This document shows, one piece after another, positions 27,223 through 39,832 of a DNA stretch of 64,000 bases. Under the pieces are notes generated by a model that was not told the DNA's origin, searched no databases, and saw nothing but the letters and a program-made list of their open reading frames with translations. The translations under genes were made by a program, and so were the position numbers. The stretch covers positions 94,356,814-94,420,813 of the forward strand of contig NC_068988.1 in NCBI RefSeq assembly GCF_001194135.2, given 5' to 3'. Position 1 is the first letter of the stretch. Each line of letters opens with the position of its first letter. This DNA comes from Octopus bimaculoides. Lineage: Eukaryota.

Positions 27223-27498
27223 ATTAATCATTGTTGTTGCTGTTGATGTTGTTGTAATTACTCTGTGAAGACAAAAAAAATCTGCATCTCTGAGAATTAA
27301 TCTATCTNNNNNNNNNNNNNNNNNNNNNNNNNNNNNNNNNNNNNNNNNNNNNNNNNNNNNNNNNNNNNNNNNNNNNNNNNNNNNNNNNNNNNNNNNNNNN
27401 NNNNNNNNNNNNNNNNNNNNNNNNNNNNNNNNNNNNNNNNNNNNNNNNNNNNNGTGTGTGTGTGTGTGAATAGTTATATTGTATGTATGCTTATATAT

Positions 27499-27673
27499 AG
27501 TTCTATATTTAAAAGATGAGGAATTATGTACATTATTTACATTTGACGGATATTTGTCCTCATCTTGTTTGTTGTTAACACAACGTTTCGGCTGATATAC
27601 CCTCCAGCCTTCATCAGGTGTCTTGGGGAAATTTCGAACCTGGGTTCTCATTCCTAAGGTATTTTTCGATGTA

Positions 27674-27723
<50 letters not shown>

Positions 27724-27728
27724 TATGC
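27499..27728 (-). mobile_element. HHR-bearing short retroelement (family H1), left arm of an inverted pair
   Basis: Reverse complement of 27735-27988 but lacking the tRNA-like head. Confidence 0.9.
27577..27622 (-). ncRNA. Minimal type-I hammerhead ribozyme, intact core
   Basis: GACAC-CUGAUGA-A-GGCUG-GAGGGUAUAU-CAGCC-GAAA-C-GUU-GUGUU: 5-bp stem I, canonical core, 5-bp stem II, palindromic AACGUU stem III. Confidence 0.8.
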
Positions 27729-27734
27729 CCACGA

Positions 27735-27803
27735 GCATATGGTGTAGTGGTTAAGAGCGCGGGCTACTAACCCCAAGATTCTGGGTTCGATTCCAGGCAA
27801 TGA

Positions 27804-27837
<34 letters not shown>

Positions 27838-27988
27838 TACATCGAAAAATACCTTAGGAATTAGAACCCAGGTTCGAAATTTCCCCAGGACATCTGATAA
27901 AGGCTGGAGGGTATATCAGCCGAAAAGTTGTGTTAACAACAAACAAGATGAGGACAAATATCCGTCAAATGCAAATAATGTAAATAAA
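27735..27988 (+). mobile_element. Family H1 element with tRNA-like Pol III head, (AAT)n and mutated HHR (27889-27934)
   Basis: A box TGGTGTAGTGG 27740-27750; B box GGTTCGATTCC 27784-27794; HHR core reads CUGAUAA and GAAAAGUU. Confidence 0.85.
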
Positions 27989-30900
27989 GTATGCTTATAT
28001 ATTTGCGAAGTTTACATGTTTGTATTGTCTATATAAATTCGGAGTAAATGCAAATTTGGCTGAGTTTTGTCAGGAACTTCAGCATAGTGTTAGTAAAGTT
28101 CTACAAAAGAATTTACTCTTCAAACAGTTGTCAAAAATCTTTATTTTAGATTAGTATTTCTGTTGAACATTCCATGTCAGAGCAACTGTGCTACTTGTCT
28201 ATCTTTTACATGGGTTTGATTTAACTAGACATTATGAGATGTTCAACGTTAGTTATCTGACTATCACAGAATATTTCACAACCTCAGACCAAATCAAACA
28301 AGATTGTATCCATCACTTAACTTGGATTTTGTATTCTTCTCATGAAAAAGCACAATCCTAACATATTTTCCCCGAGGTTATAACAACAGTTTATATCACG
28401 CAGCTTATTAATTCAGACGCATTTTTCTGCTTAGTATTTATTTTTCTTTGCTGACTTTGTTATATATTTGGTGGGGGGGAGTTGTTTTTGTTTGTTTCTT
28501 TGCTTTGTAATATGCCAGCTACTCTTTAGTAATTTGTCAAATATTTTTTTGTCGTTGTTGTTTTAGTAGTAGTTGATTAAATAAACGCAAAAGTATCACT
28601 GACTTATATCGAAGCCGTTCAAATCGTTTTCCGAATAAGGACATTTCGTGTATTGCTTCAATGTATAGTGACAGTGCTAGTGATATGACTAGAAATCTCC
28701 ACTGTCGAAAATTTGCACTTCAGGTGACAGTAACATACGTGTGTGTATATGTGTGTTTGGGGAAACATATTTATCGTGAAGGTATGTATCTCAATGCAAT
28801 TTGACACTTCCTCTAACGCACTACCAATTCATCGAAACCAGTGCCCTCTTAATTTAGGATGTATTATAATATATTTAAAATAGTACCAATTATCAACCCA
28901 ACAATTAATAACGCGGTATGTTATAAGTACATATAAAATTATAGATTTTTTGCATCAGTGACATAAAACTTCCTTTACGCCTCATTTAGATAATACGATT
29001 CACAGAACGAAAATTAAATCTTTTAGCAGATGACACAGCGCCGGTGACAAAATGTGATATCGAACCTGTAAACAGATTTAAACACTAATGTTTGATTCAA
29101 CTGTCACTTTTCGTTAGCGAATCTACTATTTCTATTGTTGTTATTGATACTGCAACTACTATTATGTGTTTGCTTCCACTACCACTCCTCTTTAACTCAA
29201 TCATTGTGGCAATGTTGTAACTCTCATTATTATAAACATTACATAGTTCTGCTGGTTGATGAAACTGTAACCGCCATTGTAATTTCTCTCTCATTTAAAT
29301 ACAACAAACACCACAACTGTATCTTCTGCTAAAATTGCGTGACACAACGTGTTATTTCTTTAAATATAGCCATTGTTGTAACTGCTACTGTACATGTGCA
29401 TGTGCGTGTATGTGTGTGTGAACCTGCTACTGCCACTCTTGCAGGAAAGCTTACATGCAGCATGAATACAGCGAACATTGCCGCTGCCGTTTACACTAAC
29501 AAATCATGGTGGAGTTATTTGTTGATATCGCTGCAGCCGCTACTACACAATTGCTTCAACAGCCATGACTAGATTCTTCTGTAACTACTACTATAACTTT
29601 AATAACTCTAATAGAGGAACACTATTGTCTCTTTCAATGCTAACAATGACTGTGACAGCTTATTTCTGTCCGATTTTACAACTATAGATTCTACTGTATC
29701 TGTGTCTGCGTCTTAGAATTCTGCATGAAAATATAAACAATTATAAATACACAAATCACGCGGCGCGCTGCTGAATTCTCACGAATTTAAGTAATGTAGT
29801 CACCTTGTTATTGCTGCCTATCTCTGATTAGTTTTTCAGTAAACTTAAACAGAATTTAGTATGGGATCCCATAGCACGCAGCTCTGGCCCCAAAAGATGT
29901 CCTGTATTTAACTTAAGGTAAAAGTTCACCTTGTGGTGATATTTAAGTAGAAAGTATTCTAGTGAAGTTTTTCGCTGATCTTCCGAAACAAAATCTGAGA
30001 GTTCCAAAGCCAAAACAAAAGCAAAAAAAAGTTTTGTTTCATACCTGATATTGATAAAGTTACAAGATTGCCTAAAATACTCTTATTTGTTGTTTTATGT
30101 TTGTTTGTTTATACGATTCGAGATCCCATCATCGATATTATGAACATTTAGTGATCCTCCCAATTTTAAGATTTCTTGGAGAAATTACACCAGATCAAAT
30201 TCTAGTAGCTAACATTTGTACCGAGACAGGACTTAAATTCAGCTTTTGCATGTTGATGAAATATTTCTCAAAGTATACAGTGGTTCCAAGGAATACACTT
30301 GGAAAGGAGTTAGAGCCACTGAAGATTCATCTGTGAATTTAGCATCTCAGATAATTTGACCTGACATTGGTTGGTATTTCGTAATCTGTCATGGCGTCAC
30401 GATGAGTCCTTCACGAAGATATTTACATCTCAATAATTTTTTCTTAATTTTTCTATTGTGTTCCAAACACGCAAAATGTATTTTTCGCTGTGACAGCATT
30501 ATTCTTGTACAATTTTGTTTTCTTTGCCCAAAACATTAACCTTTTTCTACTGTATATAGTCTTTGTCACAACACTGCCGCCATGTAATTTTCTTCTCTCT
30601 AATCAAACCAAAGTTTGAAGAAAATAGATTCTACTACAATTGTGCCCAGCTGTGTCTTTGTATTTACAAAGCATTTATCTGGTTATGGGGCATTGATAGA
30701 TTGTTTCACTGAATAGGAATTTATTAGTTATACTGGTATGTACGCTTTTGCATGAAACGAGGCAGGATTAATTGAAAACATAGACATATATATATATAAT
30801 AAATCTCTGAGCGAGGTATAAACAGTAGCCGCACGACATCGTGAAGTATATTTGCCACCTAAACGTGGCTAACCCTTAAGGGTTGATGCTACTGTTGCTT

Positions 30901-31072
30901 GTAGCCCCATGAAGACATTTCCTCCAGCTGGCGTTCCCATCTCCAGCCTGACGTGACATNNNNNNNNNNNNNNNNNNNNNNNNNNNNNNNNNNNNNNNNN
31001 NNNNNNNNNNNNNNNNNNNNNNNNNNNNNNNNNNNNNNNNNNNNNNNNNNNNNNNNNNNNNNNNNNNNNNNN

Positions 31073-31105
<33 letters not shown>

Positions 31106-31204
31106 ATGTATATAGATAGATAGATAGATTGATAGATAGATATACATATATATATACATATGTATATGTATGTATACATATTTATATATATGTATGCGTG
31201 TGTA

Positions 31205-31317
31205 GGAGGAGAATTCACAAAAAAGAAAAAAGACAAAGGACGAAGACAGGTGGTGTAGACAACAAACAGATGTATTAGTTTAACGATCGGAAGTGAAAAA
31301 GTCTTTGAGAGAGAAAT
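31205..31317 (-). mobile_element. Family H2 repeat lacking the HHR
   Basis: gacgaagacaggtg...caacaaacagatgtattagtttaacg...aaagtcttt shared with 35120-35270 and 33060-33215. Confidence 0.75.
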
Positions 31318-32181
31318 CTAACATAAATTCACATCAGATATCGCAGTAGAAGAGAAATAAAAACATTTCCCTTAAACTTGGTTACAATATAACGCGTTGT
31401 AGACCTTATGGAAAAATGGTATATTCCATTGTTTGACGGACAGATACATTGCTTTTAAGAATCGTGGCAGCTGACATATTTGACAAAGTAAGGTATGAAT
31501 AACGTCAAAGGCATCGAAAACTAAACTTTGTGGCATATTTTAAGATTTAGCTATCAATTAGTTCTTAGACGTTTATAAACACTTTTTCGAACCTGAACAT
31601 TTTATTTGGAGAATCTACATTTCTTCACGACTTACAAAGCACTAATTTGCACTTTGGTGGGATTTAGTCGCAGAATACCGAAACAGTAATATAAATATAT
31701 CGTAGTATAGAATGAAAAATTGGTTATCGTTGTAATTACGTATATAAAGGAAAAACTTTAATTTTTTTATTATTTGTGTTTCTATTTTGTTTGTTCGTTT
31801 TTTGTATTTTGTTTTTTGTGTCTCTTACAACTGTGCTGTGTATATTAAATATGAACAACATTCTTTTCAGTTTGCAATAATACAGGGATGTTGTCGCATT
31901 CATACTTACTTTATGATTAATTTTAAGAGTTTTTAAAGTTTTTGGAGATTATTCGAAAATCGAAGACAATCAATATGTATTTATATGTGAGTGTCTGAAT
32001 GTGGACGTGCGTAGATGTGTTTGTGTGTAAACGTGCGACTGCGTATATCTAACTAGGCTAAAATTCTAAATCTATAAAATAATAAAAATATTTGCTCTAC
32101 CATTATATTTAACTGGAATGAAACCTGCTTTGATTTTTGATTCGGGAATTTCAAATAAATGCACGCGCGCACACGCACACA

Positions 32182-32216
<35 letters not shown>

Positions 32217-32772
32217 GCACATGCACACAAGCACACGCACACATACATTATATGTTCGGTGCTTTGGTGATACAAACAGGGAGGTGGATTTCAAAACATG
32301 AGTCTATATACGGTTTTTATAAATGATCAGCAGAAGTTACAGAGTGACTCAAGAGCCGACAGTTTCGGGCATTAATTATCAAATATATATGTGTATGTGT
32401 GTGTATGCGTATGTATGTATGTAGGTATGTATGTATGTATGTATGTATGCATGCATATGTATATATATATAATGTTTGTATCTATACATGTGTGTTTGTG
32501 TGAGTGCATGGGAATCTATATATGCCTACATACAAACATAATCACACACATACGAACACACACACACACGCACACATATGTACGTATGTGTGAGTGAATG
32601 CACGTACAGTCTGTTCGAAGAGTTATATGAATAGACAATATCAAATACAAATAAATTTATTAAACACCTTCTCGCGAGGTGTCTATTATTCTGGCAATCG
32701 CTTTATGGATATGAAGAACTAAAGCTGGTTAATTTCTCTAAATTAACTATTGCTTAACCATCCCCTCACACC

Positions 32773-32820
32773 GTCTCCGATGAAGAGATATAATAAATAT
32801 TCTGGAAACAGCTGTAAGAT
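32773..32820 (+). ncRNA. Degenerate type-I HHR motif (family H3)
   Basis: GUCU-CCGAUGA-A-GAGAUAU-AAUAA-AUAUUCUG-GAAA-CAGCUG-UA-AGAU; palindromic ACAGCUGU stem III; U4C change and imperfect stem II. Confidence 0.5.
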
Positions 32821-33059
32821 CTTCTATTTATAAATGTTCTAAAATATACACAGCCTTGGTTTTTTTTATCTCGTTACGAAAAGTAAATCCTTATATTCAC
32901 ACGCTAATATATGACCTACGTTGGACCCCTTATTCGCATAATCACCGAACCTGGAGCTTAACTATGGTCAATTCATAGCACTTACTCAGCATTACCTGAA
33001 ATCTCTGGGTCTAATTGACACTACTACCACTCGTAACCTCCACACGCGCATATATATAT

Positions 33060-33215
33060 TTTTCTCTCTGTTTATTTCCTCGTGTTGCTTTCTGTTGAAG
33101 AGCGTAGACTCGAAACGTAAAAGACATTCTCACCTTCCCGAGCGCCAAACTAATACACCTGCTTGTTGTTTATACACCTCTCTTCGTCTTTTGTTTTTCT
33201 GTAAATTTCAACTAT
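33060..33215 (+). mobile_element. Family H2 repeat with HHR-like motif at 33088-33123
   Basis: CUUU-CUGUUGA-A-GAGC-GUAG-ACUC-GAAA-C-GUA-AAAG; one stem II mismatch. Confidence 0.7.
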
Positions 33216-33576
33216 ATATATATATATATATATATGGGTGAAGAAACGAAAGAAAGTGGCATTCAACATTATANNNNNNNNNNNNNNNNNNNNNNNNNNN
33301 NNNNNNNNNNNNNNNNNNNNNNNNNNNNNNNNNNNNNNNNNNNNNNNNNNNNNNNNNNNNNNNNNNNNNNNNNNNNNNNNNNNNNNNNNNNNNNNNNNNN
33401 NNNNNNNNNNNNNNNNNNNNNNNNNNNNNNNNNNNNNNNNNNNNNNNNNNNNNNNNNNNNNNNNNNNNNNNNNNNNNNNNNNNNNNNNNNNNNNNNNNNN
33501 NNNNNNNNNNNNNNNNNNNNNNNNNNNNNNNNNNNNNNNNNNNNNNNNNNNNNNNNNNNNNNNNNNNNNNNNNNNN

Positions 33577-33903
33577 AACAGCCTGCTCGGGAAATTAACG
33601 TGCAAGTGGCTGAGCACTCCACAGACACGTGTACCCTTAACGTAGTTCTCGGAGGATATTCAGCGTGACACAGTGTGACAAGGCTGACCCTTTCAATTAC
33701 AGGCACAACAGAAACAGGAAGTAAGAGTGAGAGAAAGTTGTGGTGGAAGAGTACAGCAGGGTTCGCCACCAACCCCTGCCGGAGCCTCGTGGAGCTTTAG
33801 GTGTTTTCGCTCAATAAACACTCACAACACCCGGTCTGGGAATCGAAACCGCGATCCTAAGACCGCGATTCCGCTGCCCTAACCACTGGGCCATTGCGCC
33901 TCC
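33577..33903 (-). mobile_element. tRNA-derived OR-like SINE, cut by a gap
   Basis: Head ggaggcgcaatggcccagtggttagggcagcggaatcgcggtc...ggtttcgattccc; near-identical to 62283-62657. Confidence 0.9.
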
Positions 33904-34309
33904 AAGCGCAAACATACACACACGTATTATCAAACTTTGAACTGATCCTATTTTCTCTGATAATATTTAGAGTCTATTTTTTCTACTTCAACGTCTCACC
34001 ACTTCTCAAAATATAAACTAATCCAACACAGCGAAAGTCTGTGTCAAATATACGAACCTCACCATTTATTGGCTGATGTTGAATCTAGCTGTTATTTGTT
34101 TTTATACATTTTCTGCTGCTGATTACAATAAACTATTCTTTTTCTTCAATATTTTACAGAAATATCACTAACAAGAATTCTAAATGTGCTTCAGGATAAA
34201 CGCCCGCTGAAGATATTCTCAACCAGCTCATACTGTATCGTCTTCATTTTCTCTTTGTCTGTCTCCCCCTCTCTCCTTCCCCCCTGTCTTCCTGTCTCTG
34301 TATGTCTAA

Positions 34310-34349
<40 letters not shown>

Positions 34350-35119
34350 ATCTATCTATCTATCTATCTTTCTCTCTCATACTTAGCTTCTCTTTTATTG
34401 CATTACATATTTGTATCATAGTTTTTAATTTCTTCTCTTGCCATGAGGATAATATATAAGATATTCGATACGCATTTTGTAAAGATAGTATCATTGTTAT
34501 TCCTCCGAGATTAGTCAATATGAATATAACAACTGCTCAGAATTTAAAGCACACATACATACTCATACTTTCATGCAAACACACATATAAATGATTCCCT
34601 AAGTATCTTTAACCATATGTATGTATGCATGCATGCATGTATGCATGCATGTATGTATGTATGTATGTATGTATGTATGTATGTATATAAGAAGAGAGAC
34701 GGACAAACAGAGATTTTCATTCGATAATTAAGTTTAAAGAACAAATATTCCTTATCATAATATTTGTTCTTGGACACGTTCGATATTATTTTCCAAAAAT
34801 TAATGGACATATTCAGTAATTAGAAACTAATTACATTAGCTCATTATATGTTTAGAAAAGTAACCCAGGAAATGATGTTCTTCTAAGAATCTTGAAAGAA
34901 ATTACTCGTTATTTTCTTGAAATATGACATTAATTGCGTAATAACATCTATTGCCACATAGCAGTCTGTAAAATCATGATTCCTAGGATCAAGTATAAAA
35001 AACATATGTGTGTCAGGTGTGTGTGTGTATGTGTGTGAGTATGTGTGTGTGTGTATGTGTGTTTATACATACATATATTAAAATATAACGAAACTACATA
35101 TGTATATAGGTATATAAAG

Positions 35120-35270
35120 TTGGAATTTACAGAAAAACTAAAGACGAAGACAGGTGTATAAACAACAAACAGGTGTATTAGTTTAACGCTCGGAAAAGTG
35201 AGAAAGTCTTTTACGTTTCGAGCCTACGCTCTTCAACAGAAAGGAACACGAGGAAATAAACAGAGAGTGA
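35120..35270 (-). mobile_element. Family H2 repeat
   Basis: Reverse-complement match to 33060-33215. Confidence 0.85.
35208..35243 (-). ncRNA. Minimal type-I HHR motif with A6U core variant
   Basis: CUUU-CUGUUGA-A-GAGC-GUAG-GCUC-GAAA-C-GUA-AAAG: perfect stems I and II, palindromic ACGU stem III. Confidence 0.6.
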
Positions 35271-35465
35271 ATAAAAAATTTTGGGAGCTAGGGGTAAATC
35301 ATGGCGGCTCATAGACACAATCCGATGATGGCTTAGTTTGCTGAAACTTCGAAATCACTCTCAATACTCTTCTTCTTAAAGAATTATAAGCTTGTATTCC
35401 ACAAAATGTATTGAGCTGTTCTTCAATTTAATGTGAAATTTTTATCATAACATAAAAACACACAC

Positions 35466-35539
<74 letters not shown>

Positions 35540-35649
35540 ACAAATACACGCATATATATATAATATATGTAACTCTTACTAAATTCCTTGAGTACCTTTT
35601 TTTTTCTTTCTGGTCCCTTCACTCGTATATATGTGTATATATAGATATA

Positions 35650-35972
35650 GACGGACCCCCTTCGGTCATGAGTGACTATGGGATTGCACATGAAAGTTTC
35701 CCTCCAAGGCACAAGTCCAGGTAAGATTGTTTATGTAAGACCAGCAGTCACTCATGAATATCAGCCTCCCTTCTCCACACCACTGATGTAATCCAAGGGA
35801 AAGGCAAAGGGGTCGATACAGCTTGGCACCAGTGACGTTGCAACTCATTTCTACAGCTGAGTGAACTGGAGCAATGTGAAATAAAGTGTCTTGCTCAAGA
35901 ACACGACACACAGCACGGTCCGGGAATCAAACTCACAAATTGACGATTGTAAGCCAGAAGCCCTAACCACTG
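35650..35972 (-). mobile_element. tRNA-derived SINE with CORE-like domain
   Basis: agtggttagggcttctggcttacaatc...gagtttgattcccgg then gtgttcttgagcaagacactttatttcacattgctccagttcactcagctgtagaaatgag. Confidence 0.75.
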
Positions 35973-36164
35973 TGTGTGTATGTAAAATATGCACAATGCT
36001 CACTAAAAATACATAAACGGCATTGGTTTGTATACTACAATATCTAAATGCATCCTCGCTATAAAAACACAAGCACATCTTAAAACAGAGCAGACGTATC
36101 AGGTGTAATATAGTGCAATGTAAAGCACTAGAATTAATAACTCAGAAAATGAAACCAGTAATTC

Positions 36165-36377
36165 CTTTCTACTCTAGGTACAAGGCCCGAAATTTTTAGT
36201 GAGGGGGCCAGTCGATTAGATCGACCCCAGTACGCAACTGGTACTTAATTTATCGACCCCGAAAGGATTAAAGGCAAAGTCGACCTCGGTGGAATTTGAA
36301 CTCCTAACGTAAAGACAGACGAAATAACAGTAAGCATTTCGCCCGGCGTGCTAACGTTTCTGCTAGCTCGCCGCCTT
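36165..36377 (-). mobile_element. Full-length family-A SINE with TSD
   Basis: 14-bp flanking repeats gaaaccagtaattc (36151-36164) / gaagccagtaattc (36380-36393). Confidence 0.92.
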
Positions 36378-37046
36378 ACGAAGCCAGTAATTCTAAAACA
36401 GCAGAACGTTATATATAGAAGTTCCAGTGAAAACAGTTACATTTGAAAGTTCAGTACGCAAAATGATACATCAGAGAAAAAAGTACAACTTTTCCCTGTC
36501 AAATGGGTAAGGGGCCATCGCAACTGAAATTTTTATAGGAGAAAAAATAAAATTCGATGGAAAACAGATCCGTTTCTCGTTTCTTCGATTCTTCGATTTT
36601 GTTAACCTTGTGATCTCTCTCTTATCTCCCTATTATCTGTCAACGTCCACGTGACTTGCACAGTCCGAATCGACCTTATAGAATGTCACTCATGCCTGTT
36701 AACATTTCCATTAAATGCCCTGTTTTCTTCTCTAACGAAGTGAAGTTGGTGAGCATGGTGCCTTGTACATAGTTTGTAACTAAGATTTTGGGTTCCCTGA
36801 CTTCAGGATCTTGATCCGTATGTTCGCAAATTTTATCTAGATATCTTCAGTTAGCCATTACTTGAGTTTTCTTAAATGGATGCCTTCTTAAATGGATACC
36901 TTGTTTGATTTTGTTTCTAATGAATATTTCAATTAGTTTAACTCGAATTACAAATGTCTTTTATTCGCCCTTCGGCTCATAGATGTTCTCTTTATGCTTT
37001 AATATACACCCAGCTACCCAGCTACTTGTTACTAGCGCATGCTCTC

Positions 37047-37172
<126 letters not shown>

Positions 37173-39498
37173 AATTTTAAGACATTTGTCGGGCGTTGAT
37201 TTTATTGCTAAACATAATTAAATTAAGATCTTTGAGAGAATTATAGAGAAAAAAATATATTTTGTCGTATTCGGGGCATTTTCATAACTTATAGCTAAAA
37301 AAAAAGAAGTCAATAAGAATTTATTCATGCATTTTGCAGATGATTTTGTACACTGAAAAGAGAAACGATTTGAAATTGCAGACATTTGAACGTAATCTAT
37401 ACACTTTATGTCTTATGCAGTCACAGTTACGGATCTATATAATTTAATTCAATTTAAATATCTGTTATTAGTCTTCGGGTTAAAGAAATTTTTGCATTGT
37501 TTGTAATATAGAGATAGCTAGCAGAAACACGTACAACTCCTGGGTATATGGTATATATTTATTTGAATATATTATGCCCTGAATTGCTTGAAAGTTAGTT
37601 AGCCAAAAATATTATGTATGTATATATGTGTATATGTGAGCGTATCTGTGTGTCTTTGTAGTATTTGCGTGTGTGCGTGTGTGTGTGTGCGTGTGTGTGT
37701 GTGTGTATGTATGCAAGTACGTGTTTAAATGTGAGTGTATATGTCTATATCTATTATATATTTGTGTGTATGTGTGCGTGTTAATGAAAGACCTGGTAAT
37801 AAAAACACTCAGTGTTTTTATTTAAATTGTGCAATCACGCATCGTGTGTTGTACAAATAAACAATGAATGAAAGAACAAGCTTTTTAAACAAAACGCACT
37901 CTTTAATTCATACTTACTAGATTAAAAAACAACGAATTCTGAATGATGGATAATGAATCCATTGTATTTATATAGTTTGGATCCCTTAGTGGTATGAATT
38001 ATTTCGTGGTAAATTTAGGTACGTTTTCTGAGTAGGAAATGTAAAATATTTTTGTTAAAATGGTGCAACAAATAATCCCGTGAGCGTTAAAATGGATTCA
38101 ATTATTGAGAAAACTGAGAAGATAGTTTATTTGCTTCATTATGCAACTTCATTATTTCTTCATATTATGTAAATTGCGCTAACATTCATCAAAGTTTTTA
38201 CAAAGTTTTCAAAATAATTATAAAGAACAAACCAAATTTTCTAAGTGATGTGAGGACGAATTTAAAGCTTCAGGCATGCACCGATAAATTTAAATATTAT
38301 CAAAATATTTCAACCTTGATTTGCTGAGATATTATTTTTATTATCATTATCCTTATCACTTTATCTCTGCTTCCAGGTAATTCGTTCTTTACTAATATGA
38401 TTGTCTAATTGAAATTGTTGGACAAATATACAATTGTCATATTTATACTGTTTCATAAAATTATGGATCACTCGTAAAACTACAATACTGTCATATTTTT
38501 CATTAAACTCAGATATCTGAAATATGAATTTACTGTAGAAATTTTAAAGAGAAGCGCTCTTAGAACATGACAATCAATGTATTAATCAGTAAATTTAATG
38601 TGATAAACAGACGTCGTTTTTTTAACATTACCTAATTATATTCATTAATCGATATATGATTGGCCTTATTTTTTTTTTATCTAGCTTGACTCTCGGTTGA
38701 AGTTGAGCTTTCTACTAAATCATAATAATCGCAACGCATCGTGTTTTCACTGAAAAGTACAATGTTTCTTTTTTGCGATATTATATTTCCAAAAACCTAC
38801 GTCTACTAACAAAATACCAAATTCTTCACAGAGATACATTGTTTATTTAATATATCGAAATTATAATTGTTAATGCGGTTTTTAATGAATTGAGTTATTC
38901 AATAAATTATAATAAACATAATTCATTCATAAAATAGGAGATTCTAGTATTAATTACAGTATATTTCGAGAAAATGAATTTGGCTACATCCTTCTTCAAT
39001 CTGAATTTATTATCGGTAAATCAATAGCATACAGCACATTTATATAGGTTAACTTCCCAGCTAAACTTAACCAAGATACATAAAGCGTCTAAATCTTAAC
39101 TTGACATGCTAGCCGTAGGATCCAAAGGTTTTTCAAACGCACCCGGCCTTTTTAGGAAGATGGGTATCTTATATGATGTACTTTGAAGGACACGAAATAT
39201 TTGGAAAACGAAGAGAAAAATCACATCTGATTTAAGGATGACATATCTAATGATTAATGGTTAAGATAGTGAAATTTAAGGAATTTTAGTTATGAGGACA
39301 GGATAGCATCAATAATTGGCGTAAAATGTATGAATGTTTAGTACTGATTGTTTCTTGGTTTAGGTAAAATGCGCAACATCCTACAAAAGGATATCTACCT
39401 CCTGAATGTAAAATATATGTAAATGTTCCAAATTTATGTCAAGCAAACCAGAGATACAGAGAGAATGGGAAAACGTATAAGTGACTAAAAACAGCCCT

Positions 39499-39557
<59 letters not shown>

Positions 39558-39832
39558 GGGGTGTCAGTGATTATACTTATGCAAACACGTGTTACAAAGA
39601 AAATATTGATTCACTCCGTCCTGACAGAAAACTATCGAAAATAATCTATGAATTATTTAAAAGGCATCAAATGCATTTTAGAGCTACGACAAACGGCTAA
39701 AGGACATGCATTTGAACGTAAATTAATTAATTAATTAAATGAATGACAAGTTTATTCTATGCAACGCAAAACCTCCCGCACGTGGTTGGTCAATTTTTCG
39801 GAATTTATGTATGGTATGTATTTCGGCATGTA

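Noticed and set aside
27735-27807. tRNA gene (apparent ACT anticodon loop)
   Set aside because: No acceptor stem, imperfect T-stem, and continues into a repeat body. The same reasoning applies to all other tRNA-like SINE heads.
35310-35352. HHR-like CCGAUGA-U-GGC..GCU-GAAAC
   Set aside because: No G-U-H triplet in register and no stem I complement
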